From Eledone cirrhosa (Eukaryota), in NCBI GenBank assembly GCA_964016885.1, contig OZ024741.1:219232001-219296000 (forward strand): a stretch of 64,000 nt of DNA. Direction: 5' to 3'. Of this stretch, positions 62,791 to 64,000 are shown piece after piece. The notes under the pieces are model-generated. The model worked only from the letters and a program-made list of their open reading frames with translations. It was not told where the DNA came from and did no database searches. The stretch's first letter is position 1, and every line of letters begins with the position of its first letter. A program made the position numbers and the translations under genes.

Positions 62791-63147
62791 TAAATCTATC
62801 TCAGTGCATTACTGGTACTTTATTTTATCGATCTCAGAAGGATGAAAGGCAAAGCTAACCTCGGTGGGATTTGAACTCAGAATCTAAAGGGACGTAACTA
62901 CATGCCACAAAACTTGTTGTCCAATGCTCTATCGATAATCAAATAAAAGAAAGAATAATAATTATGAGAGTCAAGTTATATTTAGTCAAGAAAATGTTCC
63001 TTTATATAAAGGAACATTTTCTTGACTAAATAAACAGTTCACCATATTTACTGCAAGTACAAGCTAAGAATTAAATTCTTTAGTACTTATTATTAGTAGT
63101 ATATATGTACAGTTTTAATGTTAACAGCATTGTTCTTCTTCCCATCC

Positions 63148-64000
63148 GGTGCTTTTTGTCATGACACCTACACAACCACTTTACAGTGTGGACTGGGTGT
63201 TTTTTGTCATGACACCTACACAACCACTTTACAGTGTGGACTGGGTGTTTTTTGTCATGACACCTACACTACCACTTTACAGAGTGGACTGGGTGCTTTT
63301 TGACATGACACCTACAATACCACTTTACAGTGTGGACTGGGTCCTTTTGTCATGACACCTACATGACCTCTTTACAGTATGGACTGGGTGCTTTTTGACA
63401 TGACACCTACAATACCACTTTGCAGTGTGGACTGGGTCCTTTTGTCATGACACCTACATGACCACTTTACAGTGTAGACTGGGTGCTTTTTGCCATGACA
63501 CCTACAATACCACTTCACAGTGTGGACTGGGTCCTTTTGTTATGACTCCTACATGACCACTTTACAGTGTGGACTGGGTGCTTTTTGACATGACACCTAC
63601 AATACCACTTTACAGTGTGGACTGGGTCTTTTTGTCATGACACCTACATGACCACTTTACAGTGTGGACTGGGTGCTTTTTGCCATGACACCTACAATAC
63701 CACTTCACAGTGTGGACTGGGTCCTTTTGTCATGACACCTACATGACCACTTTACAGTGTGGACTGGGTGCTTTTTGACATGACACCTACAATACCACTT
63801 TACAGTGTGGACTGGGTCTTTTTGTCATGACACCTACATGACCACTTTACAGTGTGGACTGGGTGCTTTTTGACATGACACCTACAATACCACTTTACAG
63901 TGTGGACTGGGTCTTTTTGTCATGACACCTACATGACCACTTTACAGTGTGGACTGGGTGCTTTTTGACATGACACCTACAATACCACTTTACAGTGTGG
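63148..64000 (-). repeat. 48/47-bp minisatellite (reverse of the 17600-18760 family), runs off the window
   Basis: CATGACACCTACATGACCACTTTACAGTGTGGACTGGGTGCTTTTTGA alternating with a 47-bp CAATACC variant. Confidence 0.95.

Overview
Eukaryotic, extremely repeat-dense window with no recognisable host protein-coding gene. The repeat families (tRNA-derived SINEs with RTE-type (GAT)n tails, abundant TG/TA/trinucleotide arrays) suggest a coleoid cephalopod (Octopus-like) intron or intergenic region; this is an inference. Nearly all long ORFs in the track are satellite artefacts. Real coding remnants belong to transposons: RTE LINEs, CR1-type LINEs, RLE-type LINE fragments, at least three Penelope-like elements (GIY-YIG), a Helitron Rep/PIF1 helicase, a hAT (Buster/Charlie) element with TIRs and an 8-bp TSD, and a Tigger/pogo deletion derivative. 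Three things stand out. (1) About nine sequence-unrelated hammerhead-ribozyme motifs lie between 24 and 50 kb. Most sit in small, often fold-back, inserts in (TA)n tracts, and in two cases the fold-back axis lies inside the ribozyme itself. (2) A complete C4HC3 PHD finger is inserted within the reverse transcriptase of an RTE family, seen in two copies. (3) There is a near-perfect 472-bp SINE-plus-flank palindrome, and several minisatellites visibly arose from retroelement or transposon ends. All structures were read by eye and coordinates of degenerate elements are approximate.
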